DNA of 64,000 bases from a virus: the IMG/VR virus record IMGVR_UViG_3300044632_002025; one strand, given 5' to 3'. A model generated the notes under the pieces. It was not told the origin of the DNA. It ran no database searches and saw nothing but the letters and a program-made list of their open reading frames with translations. Numbering within the stretch: position 1 is the stretch's first letter; each line of letters opens with the position of its first letter. Shown piece by piece: positions 33,098 to 41,412 of this stretch. Position numbers and translations under genes: made by a program.

Positions 33098-35766
33098 TGT
33101 TTAAAGCTATTGGTGAAGTAAGACTCGTTATTACAGACACTCAAACGGGTCAACAAAAAGAAATTATAAAGAATAATACCTTCACTGAACGAGGGTATCA
33201 GGCGGCCATGAACTTGAATGGGTCTGTTTCAGGTCTAAAACAATCCCCATTTTCTAACCCCCAGAATATGGTAATTTCTACTTCCAGTGCTACCCCTAAT
33301 CGGTATACTATTTCTGTTCCAGATATTATTGATGAGTGTCAAGACCCTTCTGGTGCTTCCGGGACAACCTGGGTAGAAGCTACAGAAGATACACCGATGT
33401 ACGGTGAATTAAGGGGTAGATTAACCTTTACAGGGGCAAATCGTACTTTTCAAACTGTCGCTATAGTAGATAAGGGTTCGGGTGCGGCGGGTGTTGGTTT
33501 TACGACTGCCAATGCCTACGCTTACGTTAGATTTGAGTCCCCAGTCACTCAAGCCTCCTTTGAAACCATCGACATTTTTTATCGGGTCTACTTTATTAAC
33601 AGCCCTGGGTTTGGTCTACCACTAGGGGGAGACTTTGTAAGACATCTCGGACGGCGTTTATTCGGTTTTGAGTCTATTGCCGAATTGATTGGAAGTAGCT
33701 CAGGCTCAGAGGAAAAACCTGGTCAGTATCCTAGTCTTACTAGCGTCCCTAATCCTGATAGTTATAACTTTTTTGCCGTAAGAGATACACTAGAAACCAA
33801 CGTCTCAGCACAACCTATTAATAACGGTAGTTCTGGTTTGGCCACTTGGAGATATAATGAAAGCACTTCCCCTAGCCTTAGTTTTACCTTTGGTGGAACT
33901 TCCATAGGTCTAGATGCTTTCACTGGACGGGTTCTCAATTCTTTAGCTTTCGGGGTTATTCCTAGTAATAATAATCGGTGTATATCTGCTTTCCGCTTTG
34001 CTGACCCTAATCGAAGCCCTATTCAAACCTCTTGGGGTAAAAGAAATGGCGCACCTTCAGCTTTTTACGATGCTTCCTGGAGTGCCAACGGGACTGGTAG
34101 GGTTATCCCTTCTGGTTCTTGGACGGGTTTTTACCCAGATATGTACCGTGTTCGCATTGTGGATTCTGGTAATGTGGGTTCAGCAACTTATAAGTTAGAA
34201 CGTCAAAGATTTACTCACTACAACGGAAATTCTTGGGGACAAATTACTGACACCCCGCCCCATCTCTCACGGGGTAATACTGCTATCCCCTTTCCAGATT
34301 CACACGGACATCAAGATTTTCTTAATTACAAGGCTTTTTCAGAACGTAAGCTAATACGTTGGGATGCTACAGGTGTAGTCCTAATTGATATTTTCAATGG
34401 GGAATATAAGGTTTTTGATGCTGATAATGACCTGACAGTTTCCAACGCTAATTTGCCAGTTACAAATATCAAACAGGTAGAAGTTGTTAATGGTCTCATC
34501 TATGTTGCTTGCTCTAACACGGGACTTTGGAGAATTAACCCTGCTGGTGGTACAAATTCTATAACTTTACTATTGAATGAATCCGTCCACGGAGTTACCA
34601 GTATTTATTACCAAACTGGTTTAATTATTGTTGCTGTCACATCTAACGGATTTAGATGTTCCGATAATTGGTCTACTCTGTTCACCCCTTCTTCTACTTG
34701 GATTACTGATTTAGGTTTCTTTAGAGCTAAAGTAATTGTAGGTTGTAAGTCGGCTAATCGTCCTAATGGTGAATTGGCTCTCTACCTTACTAATGGTTCC
34801 GACCGTAGGATTGTTTGGTGGTCACGGACTATTGCTAATGGTAACGCTATTGACGCATTTTCTTCAGGGGGTTTATTTGATTTAGAAAATACTATTCAAT
34901 GCTCTACTTTTGGTGATTTTTGGCTTGCATCTTCCGCTAATAACAATACCAGGACTATGACGTTTGGTTCTACCAATAATCCTGTACTAGGTGGAGTTAA
35001 TATTCATTACATGGACAATAATATCCCTGTTTTAGGGTTTTTTGATGAAAAAAATTCATATTATTTTTCTGCCCATTACAGTAATGCTTATGATGTTTTA
35101 ATAAACGGTTCGGTTACGAGAGTTGAGGCTGTCAGTCCTTCCTACCCAAGCAATTCACCCCGTCCCCCTGGTACTCTTGTTTATCTGGGTAGAAATTTAG
35201 TATTTTCTTTTGGTAGTATTTATACTTGCTCGTATGGGTGGGAAGAATGGGGCTGGGACGGCTCTACCTGGGTTGAGGGTCATTCAGGCTCTAAACTTAC
35301 CCATAGCGGCTCTCAAGCCATTTTAGATGGTCTTTCTGTTCGATTTGAGAATGGTTCGGCTGGTACTGCTTTTACCACCACTGATTTCTACACAGTTCCC
35401 GTTTGTTACGGGGTTTTAGGGGATAACGCCCGCTATGTGGACAGTTTCATCACAATTACTGCCTCTAATGTAACCTATCAGTCCAACATAGGAAGTTTAA
35501 CTGTACCATCTTCCCCCCCATATAGTCTCCCTTTACCAGCCTCTACAAATTCAAATTTTGCTGGTTTAATCGGTTCTGATGTAAATTCCATTTCCGTTTC
35601 TCTTAATGGTACACCCGTTCCTAATTCTAACTTACTTTTTAATGGGGCTACCCCTCCTGAAGGCGGTTTAATCTCCTTCAACAACACCACTGGGACTGCC
35701 TTTTTCCATCCTTCCGATGCTGGAAAAACTTTCTCTGGTTATTACTCGTATTTGACCTCTGGTTAG
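33097..35766 (+). CDS. large tail fibre / receptor-binding protein candidate
   Basis: 889 aa, TAATG-coupled, rich in G/S/T/N/W. It is the last large gene of the tip operon. Confidence 0.5.
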   Translation: MFKAIGEVRLVITDTQTGQQKEIIKNNTFTERGYQAAMNLNGSVSGLKQSPFSNPQNMVISTSSATPNRYTISVPDIIDECQDPSGASGTTWVEATEDTPMYGELRGRLTFTGANRTFQTVAIVDKGSGAAGVGFTTANAYAYVRFESPVTQASFETIDIFYRVYFINSPGFGLPLGGDFVRHLGRRLFGFESIAELIGSSSGSEEKPGQYPSLTSVPNPDSYNFFAVRDTLETNVSAQPINNGSSGLATWRYNESTSPSLSFTFGGTSIGLDAFTGRVLNSLAFGVIPSNNNRCISAFRFADPNRSPIQTSWGKRNGAPSAFYDASWSANGTGRVIPSGSWTGFYPDMYRVRIVDSGNVGSATYKLERQRFTHYNGNSWGQITDTPPHLSRGNTAIPFPDSHGHQDFLNYKAFSERKLIRWDATGVVLIDIFNGEYKVFDADNDLTVSNANLPVTNIKQVEVVNGLIYVACSNTGLWRINPAGGTNSITLLLNESVHGVTSIYYQTGLIIVAVTSNGFRCSDNWSTLFTPSSTWITDLGFFRAKVIVGCKSANRPNGELALYLTNGSDRRIVWWSRTIANGNAIDAFSSGGLFDLENTIQCSTFGDFWLASSANNNTRTMTFGSTNNPVLGGVNIHYMDNNIPVLGFFDEKNSYYFSAHYSNAYDVLINGSVTRVEAVSPSYPSNSPRPPGTLVYLGRNLVFSFGSIYTCSYGWEEWGWDGSTWVEGHSGSKLTHSGSQAILDGLSVRFENGSAGTAFTTTDFYTVPVCYGVLGDNARYVDSFITITASNVTYQSNIGSLTVPSSPPYSLPLPASTNSNFAGLIGSDVNSISVSLNGTPVPNSNLLFNGATPPEGGLISFNNTTGTAFFHPSDAGKTFSGYYSYLTSG

Positions 35767-35781
35767 ACAATAACGCCCAAT
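35767..35781 (+). promoter_or_regulatory. late-type motif site L9
   Basis: ACAATAACGCCCAAT, 23 nt upstream of ATG 35804. Confidence 0.5.
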
Positions 35782-35803
35782 CTGATGACAGCAGGAGGTT
35801 TTT

Positions 35804-36235
35804 ATGAGTTTAAATTTAAATGACTTAGGATTAGTTGATGTAGTTAGAGAAATTGTCGATAGTTTACAGGCGGGTGTGGTACACATTGTTCGTCCTTCGA
35901 GTATTGCCTCTAACCCCTTTGAGAGTTCGGATAACACTCCCCTTTTAGTAGGGTCTTTCCCTTTAATATCTTTTAAGGATGGTACAATCCATGAAAGACT
36001 TCAATTTAGCTCCAATGCTTCTGGTATTTTCAGGTTTAAAATGGCTATTCCTAATGCAGAGGTCTTAGTTGGGGATTACGCATTTATTAATTGGTCTGAA
36101 GGTGTCCGTATTATTCCTGCTGTTGTAAAAGAAGTTAATTACAATTTATCTGCATTATCTCCAGTTACGGTTAATTCTAATGAGGGTGTTCCTTATACTT
36201 GGACACAGGTTCAGGAGTTATTAGCCGATGATTAG
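35804..36235 (+). CDS. hypothetical virion-module protein
   Basis: ORF track, 143 aa. SD AGGAGG. A late motif lies upstream. Confidence 0.5.
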   Translation: MSLNLNDLGLVDVVREIVDSLQAGVVHIVRPSSIASNPFESSDNTPLLVGSFPLISFKDGTIHERLQFSSNASGIFRFKMAIPNAEVLVGDYAFINWSEGVRIIPAVVKEVNYNLSALSPVTVNSNEGVPYTWTQVQELLADD

Positions 36236-36452
36236 AAGAAATAATTCAGAACTTAATAGGTTTAAACAAGATGTGCGTGTTAATCTCTTGGAAAAAGCCG
36301 AAATGGTTGCCCAAAGAACTGAGGGCGTTACTGTTTCTGTATCAAATGATACTATCTTTCTTTCTAGCGAGACTTCTATTCCGGAAGAAATTCTAGACCC
36401 AAAAATGCGCCCCCTTTCAGATGAACTTAAGAAGGAAATTGGAGGCTTTTAA
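36228..36452 (+). CDS. hypothetical small protein
   Basis: ORF track, 74 aa. Overlaps its neighbours, which suggests translational coupling. Confidence 0.45.
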   Translation: MIRRNNSELNRFKQDVRVNLLEKAEMVAQRTEGVTVSVSNDTIFLSSETSIPEEILDPKMRPLSDELKKEIGGF

Positions 36453-36931
36453 TGTTAAGTATTGTTAAGCTAGAATCGGCTATTTTCACCCTATTAACCT
36501 CCAAATTTCCTCCTTCTTCAGGGATTACTTTTTCTAGTAATTATCCTCGAAGCCAAAAAGAACTCACACAAAATAAAACAATTGTCTGTATTAGTTCTAT
36601 TTCCGATTCTGTGGAAGGTAAGATTATTACCAGAGAATTACTTCATCCTTTAGTTTCTTTAGCCATCTTTAGTATCGATTATTTCCGAAATAGACAAGTC
36701 CAAGAACTACTTATTTCTACTTTAGACTCTAGTAGTCCTTTTGAACTTATAATGCCCAATCAACAGGCTTTTCACTGGTTTTGTGAGAGACGTTTACCCC
36801 CCACGTTTACTCCTTCCTTAGAAATTTACTCTGGGGCTGTAGATTATCGGATTTTGCTTAGAGACTCCCCACCCCTGAACCGTAATTTCCAACCGTTGAG
36901 CATTAATTTAAGCTTGCCAATCGTTCAATAA
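36452..36931 (+). CDS. hypothetical neck/tail-completion candidate
   Basis: 159 aa, TAATG-coupled. The call rests on position only. Confidence 0.4.
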   Translation: MLSIVKLESAIFTLLTSKFPPSSGITFSSNYPRSQKELTQNKTIVCISSISDSVEGKIITRELLHPLVSLAIFSIDYFRNRQVQELLISTLDSSSPFELIMPNQQAFHWFCERRLPPTFTPSLEIYSGAVDYRILLRDSPPLNRNFQPLSINLSLPIVQ

Positions 36932-36946
36932 ATTCCCTAACGCCCA

Positions 36947-36958
36947 ATTTCATACTTG
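36947..36958 (+). promoter_or_regulatory. late-type motif site L10
   Basis: CTAACGCCCAAT, then CATACT 3 nt later. Lies 27 nt upstream of ATG 36985. Confidence 0.5.
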
Positions 36959-36984
36959 AAATCTCTATATTTGAGGCTACTTTA

Positions 36985-37626
36985 ATGGCAAAACGTGCCG
37001 GCCCTGCGCTAATCGAAATCGGTGAAGGTGCTTCCAAGATTACTTTGACTAATGATGACCAGCTTAATGATGCGGTTATCATGATTGAACGGGATGAGTT
37101 CCAACTTAAATCTCAAATTTCCTCCAAACCAGTTGGATACATTAAGGTGGGTATCGAAACAAAGCTAGAAATCTCGATTGCGGAGATTGATGCCGCTCAA
37201 ATCGCTTTACTATTCGGCACTCCCCTTGTTACTGCTACTGACACGGTTAACTCTGTTAACTACACTATGACCAAAACGGAAGTTACTGACCAAGCTGGTC
37301 AGCTTATCACCGGTCAAAAAGTAGTTATCAAACCCTACCCTATTGTAGCTGACCCTGGCACTACTGCTCCTACTACCACTACCTATAACGGTAAAACTTA
37401 TGCGACGATTCAGTTAGCTGAAGACGCTTTTGATGCTGATGTTGCTCTTTTTAAAGCATGGGAAAATACAGTAATTACTTTCCCCAACGGTGCGCTCACA
37501 TCTATTAATGGGTCTCGTTTATCGATGGGTTTACAGACGCAACAAGAATTAAAAATTACAATCACCGGACTCCCTGACCCATTAACAGGGGTGAGAATGA
37601 TTTACGGTGACGCAAGTATCGTATAA
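36985..37626 (+). CDS. putative major tail (tube) protein
   Basis: 213 aa with strongly biased codons. It has its own late motif and a strong terminator. No sequence-family check was possible. Confidence 0.4.
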   Translation: MAKRAGPALIEIGEGASKITLTNDDQLNDAVIMIERDEFQLKSQISSKPVGYIKVGIETKLEISIAEIDAAQIALLFGTPLVTATDTVNSVNYTMTKTEVTDQAGQLITGQKVVIKPYPIVADPGTTAPTTTTYNGKTYATIQLAEDAFDADVALFKAWENTVITFPNGALTSINGSRLSMGLQTQQELKITITGLPDPLTGVRMIYGDASIV

Positions 37627-37657
37627 ATACTTAGCCGCTTAGAGCTAATTGCAACCA

Positions 37658-38806
37658 CTAAACCCCCTGCTCTGCGGGGGGTTTTTGTTTTGGCTGTTCC
37701 CCCACTGGAATAGTCAAAGCATCTTCCACACTCCAGCCTTTTTTAAGCCTGTGTCTTAATGTGTGCGGTTTCATACCTAACTCTCTCGCCCAGCAAGAAA
37801 CAGTCTGAATCTTCCCATTAAATTCTACCATGTTTAGGTGGTCATTTACGGGGGTTTCAAAGGCTTTCTCTACTGACCAACCGTACTTGTTTAATCTAAC
37901 ACTGAGGGTTGATGATTGCAAACCTAATTCTTTAGCCCATTCCCCTAAACTTTGACTTCTACCCTGATATTCAATCTGGGGGATATAATCACCAGACGGG
38001 GTAGTTAATGCTTTATCCACGCTCCAACCCAAGTCTATTATGCGTGAACGAACACAACCTTCATCGAGTCCCATTCGTTCTGCCCAATGTCTTAGCGGCA
38101 AAATCTCCCCCCTGAAAGTTAGTAGACGATTGTTTCTTTTGTTAGCGGCTTGTTCTTCTAGCGGAATCCATTTGCAATTTTCAGGACAATAATCACCGTT
38201 AACATCAATTCTTTCAATAGAGTATCCTTCAGGACATTCACCCATATCTTCTAGGAAGTTTTCAAAAGAATTTAACCAACGGTCACACACTTTAATCCCT
38301 CTTTTCACATAACCCCCATTAGGGTCTTGATTAGAATTAGTGCATCTGGCTTTCATTGAACGCCATTTAATATATGTCGGGGACTCCCCAATTTTAGGAC
38401 TATGCCCATGCTTGGTTTTAGTTTCTATAACTCTTTCTAAGTTGTAGCAACCGCAGGAAGTAGTTTGACCCTTTCTCAAGTTACTACCTCTAACTGTAGT
38501 TTTATTTCCACAATCACAAACGCAATCCCACATAACCTGTCTGAAGTTATCTCTTTCCGGGTTCTCGCCCGTGACTGTTAATCTACCAAATTTCTGCCCT
38601 AACAAATCCTTTTTGCTAATTACTTCTTGTAGTTTGCACCCGCAGGAATTAGTGTGTCCACCTGTCAAACAGCTACTTACTGTAGTTTTGGTTCCGCCAC
38701 AGTCACAAACACAGTCCCATTGAATTTGACTATTTTTTCTAACTGGGTTTTCTCCCACTACCGTCAGTTTTCCAAATCTTTGTCCCAGTAAATCTCTCTT
38801 AGGCAT
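37658..38806 (-). CDS. Cys-rich repeat protein with three C-terminal HTH-like repeats
   Basis: Two N-terminal copies of LLGQ.FG.LTV.GENP....W.CVCDCG..TTV....L..G.T.SCGC. A central W..M..RC...RGI.VCDRW..F..FL.DMG. Three ~45-aa repeats of (F.G....L..WA.E.G.....L..R....GWSV..A...P). Confidence 0.55.
   Translation of the reverse strand: MPKRDLLGQRFGKLTVVGENPVRKNSQIQWDCVCDCGGTKTTVSSCLTGGHTNSCGCKLQEVISKKDLLGQKFGRLTVTGENPERDNFRQVMWDCVCDCGNKTTVRGSNLRKGQTTSCGCYNLERVIETKTKHGHSPKIGESPTYIKWRSMKARCTNSNQDPNGGYVKRGIKVCDRWLNSFENFLEDMGECPEGYSIERIDVNGDYCPENCKWIPLEEQAANKRNNRLLTFRGEILPLRHWAERMGLDEGCVRSRIIDLGWSVDKALTTPSGDYIPQIEYQGRSQSLGEWAKELGLQSSTLSVRLNKYGWSVEKAFETPVNDHLNMVEFNGKIQTVSCWARELGMKPHTLRHRLKKGWSVEDALTIPVGEQPKQKPPAEQGV
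37663..37691 (+). terminator. rho-independent terminator after the tail tube gene
   Basis: CCCCC-tgctctgc-GGGGG(G) followed by TTTTTGTTTT. Overlaps the 3' end of the convergent gene. Confidence 0.7.
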
Positions 38807-38832
38807 AAAAGCTCCTTTAACTCTATTTCTAC

Positions 38833-38861
38833 ATCATAAACCCTTACCCGTCTTTTGTCAA
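38833..38861 (-). promoter_or_regulatory. early-type promoter for 37658..38806
   Basis: Minus strand: TTGACA (38861-38856), 17 nt, TATGAT (38838-38833). SD AAAGGAG precedes ATG 38806. Confidence 0.65.
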
Positions 38862-38879
38862 TAACGCTCAAACTAAAAT
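38859..38879 (+). promoter_or_regulatory. late-type motif site L11
   Basis: CAATAACGCTCAAAC followed by TAAAAT. Back to back with the minus-strand promoter. Confidence 0.4.
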
Positions 38880-38905
38880 AGGACACTTTTATATTTTAAC
38901 TTGGC

Positions 38906-38977
38906 ATGAAAAAAAGTTCTGGCTGTAAGAAACCCAAAATGCCTAAGCCCAAACCCCTAAAACCTAAAAAGGCTTAG
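38906..38977 (+). CDS. candidate 23-aa lysine/proline-rich micro-protein
   Basis: ATG..TAG reads MKKSSGCKKPKMPKPKPLKPKKA. Late motif L11 is 27 nt upstream and a terminator follows immediately downstream. Too short for the ORF track. Confidence 0.3.
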   Translation: MKKSSGCKKPKMPKPKPLKPKKA

Positions 38978-38983
38978 TCTCCC

Positions 38984-39010
38984 CAAAAAAACCCCATTAA
39001 CTGGGGTTTT
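38984..39010. terminator. bidirectional terminator
   Basis: AAAAAAA-CCCCA-ttaac-TGGGG-TTTT, between the micro-ORF (+) and 39018..39281 (-). Confidence 0.65.
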
Positions 39011-39017
39011 GCAGTAT

Positions 39018-39281
39018 CTAGGCTTGGTCTCCCAATCTGCCAAATTTAATTGCTTTCCCTTTTGACTGGGGTTTACTGGTGTTTTCACTATACTTGGGGG
39101 TATAGGCTTTTGAGGCTCCTTTGTCTCTAAAAGTCCCGTCCTCGTTACGAAGGACTAACCATTCTTTAAACGTCCTCCAAACACTAAATTTCCCAAAGGC
39201 TTTTTGTTTATACGCCCCCCCTACAGTTTTTACTTTGTCTTGAACTGCTGACCCCTTTCTTTTATTATTTCGTTTCTTCAT
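39018..39281 (-). CDS. small basic protein (late)
   Basis: 87 aa, K/R-rich (MKKRNNKRKGS...). Late motif L12 lies upstream. Confidence 0.5.
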   Translation of the reverse strand: MKKRNNKRKGSAVQDKVKTVGGAYKQKAFGKFSVWRTFKEWLVLRNEDGTFRDKGASKAYTPKYSENTSKPQSKGKAIKFGRLGDQA

Positions 39282-39311
39282 TAAAAGTTTTAACCCAAGC
39301 TCTAATTTGGG

Positions 39312-39329
39312 CTTGGGCGTTATTGTCTA
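39312..39329 (-). promoter_or_regulatory. late-type motif site L12
   Basis: Minus strand: TAGACAATAACGCCCAAG, 31 nt upstream of ATG 39281. Confidence 0.5.
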
Positions 39330-39358
39330 AGTACATATTTGTTTAAAAACGCTCATAT

Positions 39359-39982
39359 TTGTTTATGAACACTGATAACTGGTTTATGCTCGTTCCTTCT
39401 AGAATAGCCTCCTCCAAATTAGGGCTTCACCCCCATACCCTTAGAAAATATTTTGATGACGGTTTGATTAAGGGGATTAAAAACCCCGCAGGTCAACGAT
39501 ATTACGATGTTGAATCCTATTTAGCCGACCCTCTTGACAAACCCTCAGTTATCTGTTATGCTAGGGTTAGTTCAAGAAAACAGTCTGCTGATTTGGCTAG
39601 ACAGGTCGATTTCTTGAAATCAGTTTACCCCGATTCGGAGATTATTACAGATGTCGGTTCTGGACTTAACTTCAAAAGAAAAGGTATTCAAACCCTATTG
39701 GACAGATTACTCTCAGGAGATTAGTTCACTCTTGCTATCTCCCACCGAGATAGACTCTGCCGATTCGGATTTGAATTGTTCCAATACCTTTTCCTCAAGA
39801 ACGGTGGAACAATCGTGGTTCTCAACAATACTCAAACAAGTCCCGAACAAGAACTTACCCCCTACTTACTATCAATCCTCCATATTTTCAGTTGCAGAGT
39901 CTACGGACTTAGAAAAAACAACAAAAATATCGAGGAAGATAAGACTTTACCCCGACAAAACTCAACAAAATCTACTGAATGA
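39359..39982 (+). pseudogene. tnpA: IS607-type serine recombinase TnpA interrupted by an in-frame TAG
   Basis: MerR-like HTH (LGLHPHTLRKYFDDGLIKG..AGQRYY) and the catalytic-Ser motif VICYARVSSRKQ. A TAG at 39722-39724 is followed, in the same frame, by FTLAISHRDRLCRFGFELFQYLF...SPEQELTPYLLSILHIFSCRVYGLR. Track ORFs 39359..39724 and 39776..39982 share the frame. Confidence 0.8.
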
Positions 39983-41081
39983 GCTAATCTCTCAATATCG
40001 GTTTGTTTACAATAAAACTGTAGATTTGCTGATAAACGGTAAAATTGGGGCTAATTGTGATTTAAAGACTAAGAAAGAAAGAAAAGGTTTGTCAAGCTAT
40101 GACATCCGTGACACATTCTTTCAATTTTGGTTGGAGAAACACACTTGGTTAACCAATTGCATAAACATAAATACAGTAAAGGAGGCTATCACCGAAGCTA
40201 TCAATGCCCAACAAGTAGGGTTTGCCCAATTAAAAGCGGGGTTAGTTGAAAGGTTTGAGTTAAAATTCAAATCTAGAAAAAAGCCCCGACAAACTATCAA
40301 CCTAAAAAAGGAAATACTCTCAGCTAAGGGAGTGTTAGCCCCCCGAAACCTAAAACTAGAAACCCCCCTAAAATCAGACACAAGGGGTAGTTTTGATGGT
40401 CTAACCCTCACAACTACTGGGGGATTGTTCTACCTAATTTATACTGAAGATATTGCTAATAATCCAGAAGTCGAAAACCAAGACCTAAAGATTGTAGCAT
40501 TAGACCCTGGTGTTAGAACTTTCCAAACTATTTTCTCGTCTAATGGGGTTTTCGGTAAATTTGGTCAAGAAGCCATTAAAAGATTGGCTAAACTATGCCA
40601 TAAAGCAGACAAAATCCAATCTAAAATAGCTAAAACCAAAAACCAAAGTCGGATTAATTATCTAAGAATGTGGCAACAACGAACCACATTAAAGATAAGA
40701 AATCTGAGGAAAGAACTCCACCACAAAATTAGTAGATTTCTAGTAGATAACTTTGATGTAATCCTGCTACCCTGCTTTAACACCGGTGAAATGGTTAAAA
40801 AGAAGGACAGAAAAATCAATAAATCTACTACCCGTTCAATGTTAAATTTTGGACATTATGAGTTTAAGGAATTATTAAAGTTCAAAGCCAATAAATTTGG
40901 TAAAAAACTAATAATAGTTTCTGAGGCTTATACCTCCAAAACCGTATCATGGACAGGGGAAATAATAGCTAATCTAGGTGGGAGGAAAGTAATCAAATCT
41001 CAGAGTAACGAAAGTTTAGACAGAGATTTAAATGGAGCCAGAGGAATCCTAATAAAATTCTTAACTGAGCTACCCCAATAG
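39651..41081 (+). CDS. tnpB: TnpB (OrfB) RuvC-like nuclease of the IS607 element; start uncertain
   Basis: Contains KIRLYPDKTQQNLLNELISQYRFVYN (typical TnpB N-terminus), LDPGVRT (RuvC-I Asp), SEAYTSKT (Glu) and DRDLNGARGI (Asp). The conserved core begins near 39925. The first ATG, at 39651, would overlap tnpA by about 330 nt. Confidence 0.75.
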   Translation: MSVLDLTSKEKVFKPYWTDYSQEISSLLLSPTEIDSADSDLNCSNTFSSRTVEQSWFSTILKQVPNKNLPPTYYQSSIFSVAESTDLEKTTKISRKIRLYPDKTQQNLLNELISQYRFVYNKTVDLLINGKIGANCDLKTKKERKGLSSYDIRDTFFQFWLEKHTWLTNCININTVKEAITEAINAQQVGFAQLKAGLVERFELKFKSRKKPRQTINLKKEILSAKGVLAPRNLKLETPLKSDTRGSFDGLTLTTTGGLFYLIYTEDIANNPEVENQDLKIVALDPGVRTFQTIFSSNGVFGKFGQEAIKRLAKLCHKADKIQSKIAKTKNQSRINYLRMWQQRTTLKIRNLRKELHHKISRFLVDNFDVILLPCFNTGEMVKKKDRKINKSTTRSMLNFGHYEFKELLKFKANKFGKKLIIVSEAYTSKTVSWTGEIIANLGGRKVIKSQSNESLDRDLNGARGILIKFLTELPQ

Positions 41082-41153
41082 GGAGTTACTACCCTTACAT
41101 ATTAACGAATGTTAATGTTTTAGTAACCGTGTTAATGGGCTAGACCCCAGATA

Positions 41154-41318
41154 CTAGAATAATATCTGAAATAGCCATATAATAGAAGCTACACAAATTA
41201 ATGCCAAAACCCCATAGACTATATAATTAAGCAAAATTAGTCTGGAAATCACATTCAAGTTTTCCCAAACCAGCCAAGATACTACAAGGGTTAGTGCGAT
41301 GAAACCTAAAGCCAACAT
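41154..41318 (-). CDS. candidate 54-aa two-TM membrane protein
   Basis: ATG 41318 follows GAGGTTATCTAT. Reads MLALGFIALTLVVSWLVWENLNVISRLILLNYIVYGVLALICVASIIWLFQILF. Falls below the ORF-track size cutoff. Confidence 0.4.
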   Translation of the reverse strand: MLALGFIALTLVVSWLVWENLNVISRLILLNYIVYGVLALICVASIIWLFQILF

Positions 41319-41412
41319 ATAGATAACCTCAAAGTCTAAATTGTTTAGGGGTTATTGCCCCTGTTTATAGGGTATACGGTTTATCAGAGTTTGTCAAGGG
41401 TTTTGCAAAACT

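Larger units (their letters stand above)
39330..41150 (+). mobile_element. IS607-family insertion sequence (tnpA pseudogene + tnpB); ends approximate
   Basis: A serine-recombinase tnpA and a tnpB in the usual IS607 order. The limits are bracketed only by neighbouring phage features (39329 and 41154). The terminal sequences were not identified. Confidence 0.6.

Noticed and set aside
39359-39982. The serine recombinase could be the phage integrase.
   Set aside because: It has the MerR-HTH plus small serine recombinase layout, with an adjacent tnpB typical of IS607 transposases. It is only ~207 codons and carries an in-frame stop. Large serine integrases are far longer.
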